From: an uncultured Phycisphaerales bacterium
GTDB taxonomy: Bacteria; Planctomycetota; Phycisphaerae; Tepidisphaerales; Tepidisphaeraceae
NCBI GenBank assembly: GCA_963844715.1
Contig: CAWJPJ010000006.1
Coordinates: forward strand, 160,001-224,000
DNA length: 64,000 bases
Direction of reading: 5' to 3'
In this document: positions 8,725 through 18,316 of the stretch, one piece after another
Position numbering within the stretch: position 1 is the stretch's first letter
How the letters are laid out: the number at the start of each line of letters is the position of its first letter
The notes under the pieces: generated by a model
The model's input: the letters and a program-made list of their open reading frames with translations, nothing else
What the model was told of the DNA's origin: nothing
The model's database searches: none
Translations under genes and position numbers: made by a program

Positions 8725-9686
8725 TTAAAGAAGCTCTTGAAGTTCCACCAAACGGGCCAGCACTTCCGCCCATGACGGGTATGGTCCATAGCACAACATC
8801 CGGCATTGTGCCTCATACTCGGCACCGATGATCGCGGCCAATTCGACGGGCGGGAACAGGGCATCACTGCGCGAGAAACGCATGTCGTTGGGGTAAAAAT
8901 AGCTCTTGGGGAAGTGCGTGCGGCTGATTTTGTCGTAGTCGGTCTTAATGATTTCGTACTCGTCAGACCGCAACATGGCCATCACATCGGGTTGAGCCGA
9001 CAGTTGGAATAGGTCGTAATAATGGCGCGCATAGCTGCCGATTGGTTGCCGGTCGCGCTTGAGCAACTCCACCTTACTGTGAATGGCGAACATTTTCTCA
9101 ACAAACGTCCGCCGGAAGTGGAGCAATCGGAGCGGAAATTGACCCTCGTCTTCCGCCCCAGCGACAAGCCTTTTTCTTCCAGAAACCGACCGACATAGGA
9201 CTGCAACTCAACAATCGTTGTTGGTTCTCGCCCGCTGGCTGTACCAGACTCGACAAGCACTCGATTGGCAACTTCACCAGGACCGCCAAAGCGTTGTGTG
9301 TAAGAGAACCGGTCGCTGCGCCCGAATCCCCCGATCTTTTTGCTCTCGTTATCGACGAACGTCAGCGCCGGATGCGCGCCGATTGCGTCCCGCAGTTGCT
9401 TTAGTTCCCGGTCAATCCCCCGCTTGCCAAGCGCTGGCTCGAATGCTGTGGGATCTAAGAAGATATCGATGTCCTCGGAAAATCGTTGGATCAGGTTCCA
9501 CCCTTTGGCCAGGCTGGTGCCGCCCTTGAAGGTGACTTTGTCGCCAGCGGTGATGGCAATGATCCGCAGGGCTTCGGTGACGTAGTAATCTTTTTCGACG
9601 ATGGCTGGGCGCAGTCCTCGGTCGCGGAAATACTCCGTCGCTTGGATGATCGCCTGCTCGAAATCGGCATGTTCAAACAGCCTCAT
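8725..9686 (-). CDS. AbiEii/AbiGii nucleotidyltransferase toxin (type IV TA), frameshift near 9150
   Basis: VEKDYYV, FKGGTSL.KG..I.RFSEDID, RTFVEK, RHYYDL motifs. Confidence 0.92.
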
Positions 9687-9687
9687 G

Positions 9688-10435
9688 TCAACGGCGCTCC
9701 TTGGCCTGCCATTGGCGAGCGTATTTCAATCCAGCCAACATGCCAAAGTCGAACCGGGAAAATGGATTCAGCGATTCCCGCAACCGCAGTAGTGCTGCTG
9801 GGTTCTTTCCAAGCTGCTGTCCGATGGCGCCCAACATCGCGCGAACTCGTGGGGGTTCTGAATCCGCCACGTTCAGTAAGCGCTCGAACCGGACTTGTTC
9901 GGATGCCAGCGTCAAAGTTCGACGGACTGTATCTGCCGGCGATAGCTCGCTTGCCTTTCCGCGTTGGCGCAGGAAATCAAGCAACGCCGCGTCGGTTTTG
10001 GAAAGATTGGCCCAAGCTTCCGGTCGCCGGCTATGGATTACGGTATTGGCGCCAATCAGCTTTCTGGGCAGACTGATGCGCACTGGTGGCAACCTCGCTG
10101 TGTGCCGCAATCTGTGTCGTGAATCCCAGGAGATTGGCGGCGGCAAGCCCTGATGGATAAACCTTTGTGCGCGTCGCTGCGAGGGTTTGCATTGCGGCCG
10201 GATTTGGCCGGCTCTTTCCCAAGGCGGTTTGTCGGTGGCGGTAATAGACACCTTTGCTCAATCGCTCAAGCATTCCCTTACGCGTCAATCGGGACAGGGC
10301 CTGTGCCGCAGCGGCAAACGGAAGATCCCGGAAATCGTCCAATCGCCATACTCGTTCGCCTCCACGCTCAATCCGTTGCCGAATGGCGGTGGCTGCGCCC
10401 TTTGAACCGATTGCGGCGGTGGGGAATGACTCCAT
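9688..10435 (-). CDS. AbiEi-type antitoxin (DUF6088-like), frameshift near 10078
   Basis: N-terminal wHTH (ALSRL.RKG.LERLSKGVYY), then SG..AANLLGFTTQ. Immediately upstream of AbiEii. Confidence 0.85.
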
Positions 10436-10463
10436 GCACAAAATATCGGCATTCCGCATCTGA

Positions 10464-10495
10464 ATGTCAAGTTTTATTGCGATAAAACTCGACAT
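10464..10495. promoter_or_regulatory. Inverted-repeat operator over the abiE promoter
   Basis: ATGTCAAGTTTTAT-TGCG-ATAAAACTCGACAT (13/14 arms), overlapping a minus-strand TTGACA. Confidence 0.65.
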
Positions 10496-10526
10496 ATTTG
10501 CATTCACCACCACATTCAATTAGAGC

Positions 10527-10555
10527 TTGACAATGGTTTAGTTTATATGTACAAT
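10527..10555 (+). promoter_or_regulatory. Near-consensus sigma70 promoter, probably leaderless
   Basis: TTGACA-N17-TACAAT. An in-frame ATG at 10562 sits at the expected +1. Confidence 0.75.
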
Positions 10556-10561
10556 ATGAAA

Positions 10562-11206
10562 ATGAAATGGAATGAGGCAACACGTTTGTTGGAAGATTGT
10601 GAGCGGAGCCTACGTAAGCTGGTGGCTGAAGCGGCAGGAGAGGGAGACTATCTCGGCGTACAAAAGATCAATGATCTCGCAAAGGCAATTGCCGCCTTAG
10701 CAGCCGAGGGCCGCTCGACGCCTGATCCCACCCTAATGCCATTAATGCCATCCGCGAACATGGATTCCAAGAACGGAACCGTTAACCACTCCGCATCTGT
10801 CGCTGCAACGAAAGTTGGTATGCGCAAGGCGCGGCCATCGGTTGATGTGTATCCGAAATTCTTCCGACGAGGCGATGAATTGGTGAAGGTCGGCTGGTCC
10901 AAGAAGGACCGCAAAGAATACAACCATCGCGCCCCTCGTGGGGCCGTCGATGCGGCGGCTGCTGCCGTCAGACTAATTGGCGCGAAGGGGAAAATGTTTA
11001 ATGGCGATGCGCTGCTACCGCTCAAAGATCCGACCGCCAGCTCCGCCATCCCTGATTACCAGGCATATGTGGCCTTAGCATGGTTGAAGCATCTGGGCGT
11101 GGTCGAGCAGCATGGACGCCGCTCCGGATACACCTTGGTCCCTGAGAAACAGATCGACAGCACAATCACTGCGGCTTGGCCAGAACTGGCAGAATGGCGC
11201 GGGTAA
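10562..11206 (+). CDS. Hypothetical protein: N-terminal helical hairpin, C-terminal winged-helix-like region
   Basis: Long ORF behind a strong promoter. YQAYVALAWLKHLGVVEQHGRRSGYTL resembles a wHTH recognition helix plus wing. Confidence 0.65.
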   Translation: MKWNEATRLLEDCERSLRKLVAEAAGEGDYLGVQKINDLAKAIAALAAEGRSTPDPTLMPLMPSANMDSKNGTVNHSASVAATKVGMRKARPSVDVYPKFFRRGDELVKVGWSKKDRKEYNHRAPRGAVDAAAAAVRLIGAKGKMFNGDALLPLKDPTASSAIPDYQAYVALAWLKHLGVVEQHGRRSGYTLVPEKQIDSTITAAWPELAEWRG

Positions 11207-11270
11207 TAGCTAATACGCAACGAGAGAGAACCCGGCTTATATTTCTCCCGGGGGAAAGCGAAAGTGGGCA

Positions 11271-13207
11271 ATGAGCACAGAATGGCAGTTTTATCTTCAA
11301 CAGCCAACCGATCCGATCCATAACCCAATCTCGGGCGAGTTTTTCTCGACCGAGGCGGTGGGAAACGTGACCGAGGCGCTAATCCGCGAAGGTATCCAGA
11401 ACACGCTTGACGCGCGGAAGAAGAAGGCAGACGGATCACGGCACCCGGCCAGCGCGAGGATTTTCCTGTCTGGCACTGAAGGCGCCCTGTCCGCAAACCG
11501 CGCCCGTCGCTGGTTCGGGACCCTCTGGCCTCATGTAATGGCATCCGGCAATGGCCTGCGGAATCAACCGGCCGCTGACGAATCATGTCCGTTCCTCGTG
11601 TTCGAGGATTTCGGCACCATCGGTCTGACCGGCAATCCACAAGAACACCAAGTCGTTGATGGCGTCGCCAACCACTTCCTCAATTTTTATCGTGCTGAGG
11701 GACACTCAGATAAGGGCGAGCAGGATCGTGGAAGCTGGGGTGTCGGCAAGACGGTCTTTCCACGCGCCAGCCGTATCAGCAGTTACATCGGCTTGACCGT
11801 GCGCAGCGACGATGACAAGCATCTCCTACTGGGGCGATCGATCCTCAAGTATCACCGTATCAACGGAAAGTCATGCAAATCGGATGGCTACTTTGGCGTG
11901 CAACGGCAGAACGACAACTTCATGCTGCCTACAGATGATCCTGGCACACTCGCGGAATTCTGCTGCGACTTCAAGCTCAAGCGGCAAAACGAGAGTGGGT
12001 TGTCCATTGCGGTACCTTGGTATGAGATCAACGGCGACGATGGCATGACCGTCGACAAGGTGATCGCGGCGGTGCTTCGTGGTTTTTTCCATCCGATCCT
12101 GATGGGCCACCTTGCGGTCACCATTGCCACGCCGGAAGAGGAAATCGCGCTACACGCCGATAATATTTTGCACAAGTCGAATCTATTGGCGGTAGTCTCG
12201 CGCTGGAACTGTTGCCGGTAATCAAACTGGCTGAATGGGCACAAACCCGTATGCCAGCCGAGTTCCGTTCGCTGGTCGCGCCGCTCAACGACCGCGCCCA
12301 AAGCTGGTCGGCAGATTTGGTGCCGCCCGATTTGGTCAAACATATCCGCCAGTCCCTAGCCGCGCGGCAACCCGTGGCTCTCAGAGTACCCATGTCCGTT
12401 GAGTTGCGCACAAGTGGTCCACAACCAACGTTTTTTAATGTCTTCGTCGAATATAGCCAAGAAGATAGTGAGAAGCCGGTATTCATTCGCGACGAACTCA
12501 TCATTTCCGACGTGAAATCGCCTCGTATCTCACAAGTCCGTTCCCTCGTGATCGTGGACGATGGTCCCCTAGCCACCTTATTGCGAGATGCTGAGACGCC
12601 CGCGCACACCCAATGGAACCAGGGTACGAGTAAATTCAAGGACAAGTACAAGTTCGGCCCTGGTGTGATCAACTTTGTGCGCTTGAGCGTGTTAGAGTTA
12701 CTGCGCATCATCAATCAGGCGGAACAACAGCCTGATCCGACAATCACCATCGACTTTTTTTCTGTCCCTGCTCCGCCGGACGAAGAGGACGCGGTACTCG
12801 GCCGGCGGCGTAGGCCCCGTCAAACTCCCGGAACCGGGCCGACACCACCACCACCGCTTCCGCCAGCCCGGCCACACCGCTTCCGTATTGACAAACTGCG
12901 TGGCGGGTTCTCCATCCGCTCTGGCGATCCCGATGCGGCGCTTCCGCCCATCATCGACATCCGTGTCGCCTACGACGTGCGCCGCGGCAACCCGCTACGG
13001 AAGTACCATCAATCCGACTTCGACTTAGGCCACTCTCCAATCCGGTATGACACACAAATGAGCGGAGTAGCTGTCAAAAGCGCGAGCGGCAACCGAATGC
13101 TGGTCGCGGTGAAGCAAGCCGGATTCAACCTGGATGTGACAGGGTTCGACCCTGACCGTGACCTCTATGTTAAGGCCGAAGTGAAGGAGGCCGCTGATGT
13201 CGATTAG
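11271..13207 (+). CDS. GHKL-superfamily ATPase (MORC/MutL-like, about 645 aa), frameshift near 12170
   Basis: N box REGIQNTLDA, G1 EDFGTIG, G2 GSWGVGK. One added base near 12170 joins ORFs 11271-12221 and 12212-13207. Confidence 0.8.
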
Positions 13208-13979
13208 ACGTATCAACTCTACCGGGCGCAAGAAAATCATGCGCGAGGATGCACGGATCTTCGTGCGACCAAATTCCGACGGCGCACTAATTTTCGATGC
13301 CATACTCGACCTAACCGATTACGGCCTACCCGATGATGCACAGGTATTTGTAGAGGCATATCGTCAAACAACCTTCATGCGATTCTCGCACGGAACCATC
13401 GCGGCACCTCAGCCGCCGTGCGATTTGGCACGCCGGCTCACTGAGTTCGCCAGTCGCGATGGGCTGCTGTTCCGCGTCAGGGTGACCTCAATGGACAACC
13501 CTGCTGGCGTGCTGCTCGCTGAGGGAGACCAAATCCCCATCAGTGACGACGAGGAGCAGCCGGACAAACGCATCGCTTTGTTGCCGCCCGCCCCTGGCGA
13601 ACTGGGTCAGGAAATGTGGCGCGTCGACCTGACTGGCGCAAACGGTCCGCTGTTGTTGGTAAACAATCGTGTCAGTGACTGGAAAGCCGTCGCCGCCTCG
13701 CCACTATTCCGTTCGCTGGTATACCCGGCCGCTATGCGACACGTGCTGTGGCACATTTACAAGGTGGAAGAGACGCGCGCCATGGACGATGCCGACGACT
13801 GGCGATGCCGCTGGTTGGCGTTCGCCGCAGCACTGCCAGGCGCAGGCAATCCTCCCCTGACGAGTGATGATGACGACGATTGGGGCGAGTGGATCACCAC
13901 TGCTGTTGAATCCTTCGCCCGCCAGCACAAGATGCTCGATCACTACACAGCATTCCTCGCAACGGAGGTTTCGGCATGA
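13197..13979 (+). CDS. Hypothetical protein (260 aa), translationally coupled
   Basis: AGGAGG RBS; overlaps both neighbouring genes. Confidence 0.8.
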   Translation: MSIRRINSTGRKKIMREDARIFVRPNSDGALIFDAILDLTDYGLPDDAQVFVEAYRQTTFMRFSHGTIAAPQPPCDLARRLTEFASRDGLLFRVRVTSMDNPAGVLLAEGDQIPISDDEEQPDKRIALLPPAPGELGQEMWRVDLTGANGPLLLVNNRVSDWKAVAASPLFRSLVYPAAMRHVLWHIYKVEETRAMDDADDWRCRWLAFAAALPGAGNPPLTSDDDDDWGEWITTAVESFARQHKMLDHYTAFLATEVSA

Positions 13980-14707
13980 GGCTCCAACGTTTTAACGATG
14001 AAGGTATCAACCGTTTCGGCCAGTTTCTGGACGCGCTGTCGGTGGATCCCACGATAGCTGTGCCCACTGATCTACTTACCGACGGGGCCTGCGCAGTCCC
14101 CGTTCCACCAAGTCCTGAAGTTCATATGCGGCAATTTGCTAGCCGGTTGGAAGCAGCCCGTTACCTGGATGGCGTCTTGTCGGAAGTTACCGGAAGTGAT
14201 ATTGAGCGCGATGCCGGCCTGTGGGCATGGCTCAGCCTCTTCTACTTTGATCAACTGTGCCCCCCTGATGGTCGGGGCCATCGGAAGCCCGGTGAGCGTG
14301 CGCGATGGATACCAGCCGTCGACGAGGCCCGTCGCTATTATCGGCATTTGCTCGCGGGCGCATATCGCGTTTACCGTGCCCATCACGACAACCCAGAGAG
14401 GGCGATGATACTGCTCCATTCCCCGCTCGCGCGAACTGGACACTTCTGGTATCAATTGGCTTCGCGCCAGGAGTTGGTTACGAATGGCGCGATTATGGAC
14501 GCTGCGACAGAACTCTATTTGGGGCAGCGCGGCACGAAGCCGAAGCGCGGAGCCACAAGTGAGATTCCAGGCAGCGTCTTTCGGTTCGCGGCGGTCCTAA
14601 ATCAGTTGGATACGGTGTGGGATCTGTACGCTATGAAGAAACAAGATATCCTGAATCTGCTCCCTGACGAATTTGATCGTTTTCGGGAGGAACCGTCGCT
14701 CATTTGA
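13976..14707 (+). CDS. Hypothetical protein (243 aa), possibly DUF6339-like
   Basis: GGAGG RBS and ATGA overlap. D.GLWAWL, YYRH and LASRQE motifs. Family assignment tentative. Confidence 0.7.
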   Translation: MRLQRFNDEGINRFGQFLDALSVDPTIAVPTDLLTDGACAVPVPPSPEVHMRQFASRLEAARYLDGVLSEVTGSDIERDAGLWAWLSLFYFDQLCPPDGRGHRKPGERARWIPAVDEARRYYRHLLAGAYRVYRAHHDNPERAMILLHSPLARTGHFWYQLASRQELVTNGAIMDAATELYLGQRGTKPKRGATSEIPGSVFRFAAVLNQLDTVWDLYAMKKQDILNLLPDEFDRFREEPSLI

Positions 14708-15313
14708 CCTATTCGATGCAAACGTGAAATTATGCTCTCGATGATATGACCTCGCCATTGCATCGGGCGAAAATCGTACAGCAATCCATGTCATCCGGCC
14801 GGTTTACTTTTGAGAATACATTCGTATCGCGCCATAAGGGCGGAGACGCAGCAATCGAACGTAGTGTAACCAAGGCACAAAAGGCGGCAGACGGCGTCTG
14901 CCGATTTAGACCTTTGGATTTGCTTAATGCCGTTTGGCGGATTTCGCTTGAGGATTTACACGATGTCGTCCCGGAAATCGTCAACGCGTTCAAACGAACA
15001 GAAATGTTGTGCTTTGCCATGAAGATTGTGCAATCGCCGATTGCACAATTGGGCGGGGCTGTCTTCTGGACAGATCGTGCAGTCGATGTCCTTCATGGGT
15101 CTATCACACCGGCGAGTGATCTTGCTTAACCGCGCGCACCATCGCCAAGATACCCGCCTTCACGGCGGTCGGCAGAATCGGCCAAGCATCACCCAACGAC
15201 TGAAAATCTGGATCGGCTATTTTATGCGCCACGGGTTTGCGCGCACCAACTGTGCCGGATTCTGTGCCGCGCTTACATGAGATTTGTGGTTTTCCCGAAG
15301 GAATTCGAGTAGT

Positions 15314-15334
15314 GTTCGACCCCGATAGAGGCCA
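15314..15334 (+). other. attR: tRNA 3'-end duplicate
   Basis: G-TTCGACC-CCGAT-AGAGGCC-A corresponds to T loop, 3' T stem, 3' acceptor strand and discriminator. The 5' T-stem partner (ATCGG) is missing upstream, so this is not an intact tRNA. Confidence 0.75.
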
Positions 15335-15396
15335 TTCGATAACCCGGGCGGGCGATGGTGAATCGATCATCGGTTTAATCTACACTTCCCTCCGCT

Positions 15397-17219
15397 ATGC
15401 AATGGGAGGGCCGCAAACTTGCCGGGTTGGGCGCCTGCGGAATTCTGCTGGCAACTTTCGCGTTGAATTCGTGGCTCTCCTGGCGCCATACGTCGGCGAC
15501 GTTTGACGAACCGCTGCATCTGGTGGCCGCGAGGATTCAGACCCAGCAATCCGATTTCCGGGCCGATCCGGAGAACCCGCCATTCTGGAAATATTATGTC
15601 GCGTTCGGCTCGCCCGGCGGCGCGATGCCGCTGAATCATGATTATCCCGAATGGTCCGGGATGCTCAGAAATGACCAATCGGAACAGGATTACGCCACCC
15701 GGACTCTCTATACAACGGCGGGCGTCGATGCGGACACACTGATCCGCGCCGCACGGGCGAGAATGCTATGGTTGGGCGTCGTGCTTGGGGCGCTGATCGC
15801 CTGGTGGGCCTGGCGATTGGCGGGCCCTGTCGCCGCGATCGTCGCAACGGCTTTTTTTTGCTTTGATCCCAATTTCCTGGCGCACAGCTCGCTGATCAAA
15901 AATGATGTGGCGATCGCCTTGGCGTTCACCGCGCTGATGTATGCCGTGTGGTGCGTCGGGCGGCGAGCGGGGGTTCTGAACTGCGTGGCCGTTGGCGCGC
16001 TGGCCGGCGCGGCGATTACCACGAAATTTTCCGGCCTGCTGGCGCTGCCGTTTGTTGCCGCGGCGCTATTGCTTCGGGCGATGATTCCAACCGAATGGCG
16101 CGTGCTGAATTGGACGGCCCGCGGCGCAGGCGCGCGTCTGCTCGCCGCCGCGGCCATCGGCGCGTCGAGCCTGATTCTGGCCTATATCTTTATTTGGTAC
16201 AGCTATGGATGCCGGTACGCTTCCAGTCCGAATGCGGATCAGAACGTGGGTTTGCTCGACGCCGAGCAGGTTTACCTCCTCAGCCAGGGCATGCACGATC
16301 ATGGCGGCACCAACGACACGCCGATCGCCCAACTCCGGCAATGGTTCCACCAGGAGCAGCCCGATCGGGTCCTGCGTTCCGTCGAATGGGCCGATGAAAA
16401 ACATCTTCTCCCTCGCGCATTTTCGGCGGGTTTGTGATTATCGAAACGTACGCCATCAGTCGCCCGGGCTTTTTGCTGGGACGAGTCACTGGCGACGGAT
16501 GGTGGTACTATCTGCCAGTCGCCATCGCGGTCAAAACGCCCCTCGCGACGCTGATCGCCTCGGCGCTGGCGGCGGGGTTATTCTGGAAAATTTCGCGGCC
16601 GCGGAATGTTTGGTCGACCATTGCCATTCTGGTCGCGCCGGCGATCTACGCCATCACGGCGATGCGCTCGAACATGGACGTCGGCGTGCGCCATTTCCTG
16701 CCCATTTATCCGTTTCTCTATATTGGTCTTGGTGTCGTCGCCGCCGGCGCGGTGATGCGATTCGACTATCGTGCCGCCGTCGTCGTGGGAATTCTGCTGC
16801 TGGGCGCGGCGGTGGAGACGTGTTGCGCGTTTCCGAATTATCTTCCATTTTTCAATATCGCGGCCGGCGGTTATCGCGGGGGGGCGCGAATTCTCAGCGA
16901 TTCCAACATCGACTGGGGCCAGAACCTGCCGGCCCTGGCCGATTGGCAGCGGCGGCATCCCCAGTATCAGCTCATGCTCTGTTATTTCGGCTCGGCCGAT
17001 CCGCGCTACTACGGGATTCATTACTACAATCTCCCCGGCAGTTTTGCGCCGGACGACGAACCGATTTCCCACGACCGGCTTCCCTACGGGGCCATCAGCG
17101 TGATCTACCTGCAAGGCGAGTATCTGGACGAAACCGGGCGGCAGTTTTTTCAACAATTCCGCGATCACCCGCCGACGGAAATCCTCGGCGGAGGGATTTA
17201 TCTCTACGCTCCCAACTGA
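15397..17219 (+). CDS. GT-C fold glycosyltransferase (ArnT/PMT, GT39-like), frameshift near 16430
   Basis: TFDEP.H, NPP, PNFLAH, TKFSG, GVRH.LP and SDSNIDWGQ motifs; many TM segments. Confidence 0.85.
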
Positions 17220-17235
17220 TTCGCCTGCGCCTCCC

Positions 17236-17823
17236 TTATCCAGGATTCGTCGTCCCCACGCCCGATTGCTGACCCATCGGCCTATACCCAAAACTCTGCC
17301 CACCGATTGACGCCTCGAACATCAATCCATTCACCCCGCGCACAAACACGGCGACGCCATTATCAAACTTCACGGCGGCCGCCGCTCCGGATGCCGCGGC
17401 CACCGCCGAGGCCGTCGCCGACAGCGCAAAATCCCCGCTCTCATAATTATCCAGCGTCGCTTTATCCTTGAAGATGATCAATTCACTATACGTCTGCCCG
17501 CCAAGCTGCGCACCGAGAGTGCCCTGGGTCAAATCCGTCCAGCCGATATTCTGACCACCCTGTACCACCACTCCGCGCCCGTAAGCCCCGCCGATCCCGA
17601 TTGCTCCTTTCCCGATGCTCGGGAAAATGGCGTACGCATAGCACTTGTCAATCAGCGGCGGAAGCGTCGAATCCTGCGAAACAAAGTCGTTGTAAGAACT
17701 CTTGGCGTTATCAAGCAACGCCTGCTGATCCCCTCCCGGCGGCACAGTCGAGCAAGCCGCCGCCGCCGCCACAAGAGCCGCCAACATCGTCACGGGCCAC
17801 GCCCACTTTAAATTCGTACGCAT
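17236..17823 (-). CDS. YSC84/SYLF-domain lipoprotein
   Basis: Lipobox AAAC; AIFP.IGKGA.GIGGAYGRG, GAQLGGQ and GLMFEASIGGQ.F motifs. Confidence 0.88.
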   Translation of the reverse strand: MRTNLKWAWPVTMLAALVAAAAACSTVPPGGDQQALLDNAKSSYNDFVSQDSTLPPLIDKCYAYAIFPSIGKGAIGIGGAYGRGVVVQGGQNIGWTDLTQGTLGAQLGGQTYSELIIFKDKATLDNYESGDFALSATASAVAAASGAAAAVKFDNGVAVFVRGVNGLMFEASIGGQSFGYRPMGQQSGVGTTNPG

Positions 17824-17999
17824 CTCAATTCTCCTAAAAACGAGTAATCCCGGGCCTACATGGCCAGGGCCGCCCGTAACATAGCATCCAACGCCGATTC
17901 GCAACAGATTCAAAACTGCCGATAGGATCGTCAATCGGAGATAGCACTCGAAACGGTGAGATTCACGCCAAAGATTTGGTGGTATAATTGAACAGCGAC

Positions 18000-18278
18000 A
18001 TGACGGCACTCCCCCTCTCCCCGGCGTACCGAGAAGCAGTCAAAGTCTCCCTCATTCTTCAAGCCGCCGTATTCGCCCTCGTCGCGACAATCGAGGACTG
18101 GGACCTGCCCAGGGTTGTCGCCTGCTCCATGATCGGCTTCTGGCTCGGGGTCGCCGTCATCATGACGCGCCGCCCGCGCACGCCCGGCCGCCTCGACCTC
18201 TTCTTCATCCGTTGGGGCTTCGTCCCGATGCTGGCTCTCGGTTTGACGTTGATGCCTTGGATGGGATGGCTGCGCTAA
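18000..18278 (+). CDS. Small three-TM hypothetical protein
   Basis: Three hydrophobic segments; fills the intergenic gap. Confidence 0.55.
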   Translation: MTALPLSPAYREAVKVSLILQAAVFALVATIEDWDLPRVVACSMIGFWLGVAVIMTRRPRTPGRLDLFFIRWGFVPMLALGLTLMPWMGWLR

Positions 18279-18316
18279 TAATCCCCGCCCCAGCCGACCC
18301 TCAATCAATCTCAAGC

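Larger units (their letters stand above)
1..15334. mobile_element. tRNA-integrated genomic island (integrative, probably mobilisable element); left end outside the window
   Basis: Integrase and excisionase at the left; relaxase/oriT, TA pair and integron cargo; tRNA 3'-end copy at 15314-15334, after which host-like genes begin. Confidence 0.8.

Noticed and set aside
14730..15129. ORFs 14746-15129 (+) and 14730-15020 (-)
   Set aside because: No RBS, motifs or protein-like composition that I can support.
15260..15334. Intact tRNA gene
   Set aside because: Only the T loop to discriminator is present; there is no 5' T-stem, anticodon arm or D arm.
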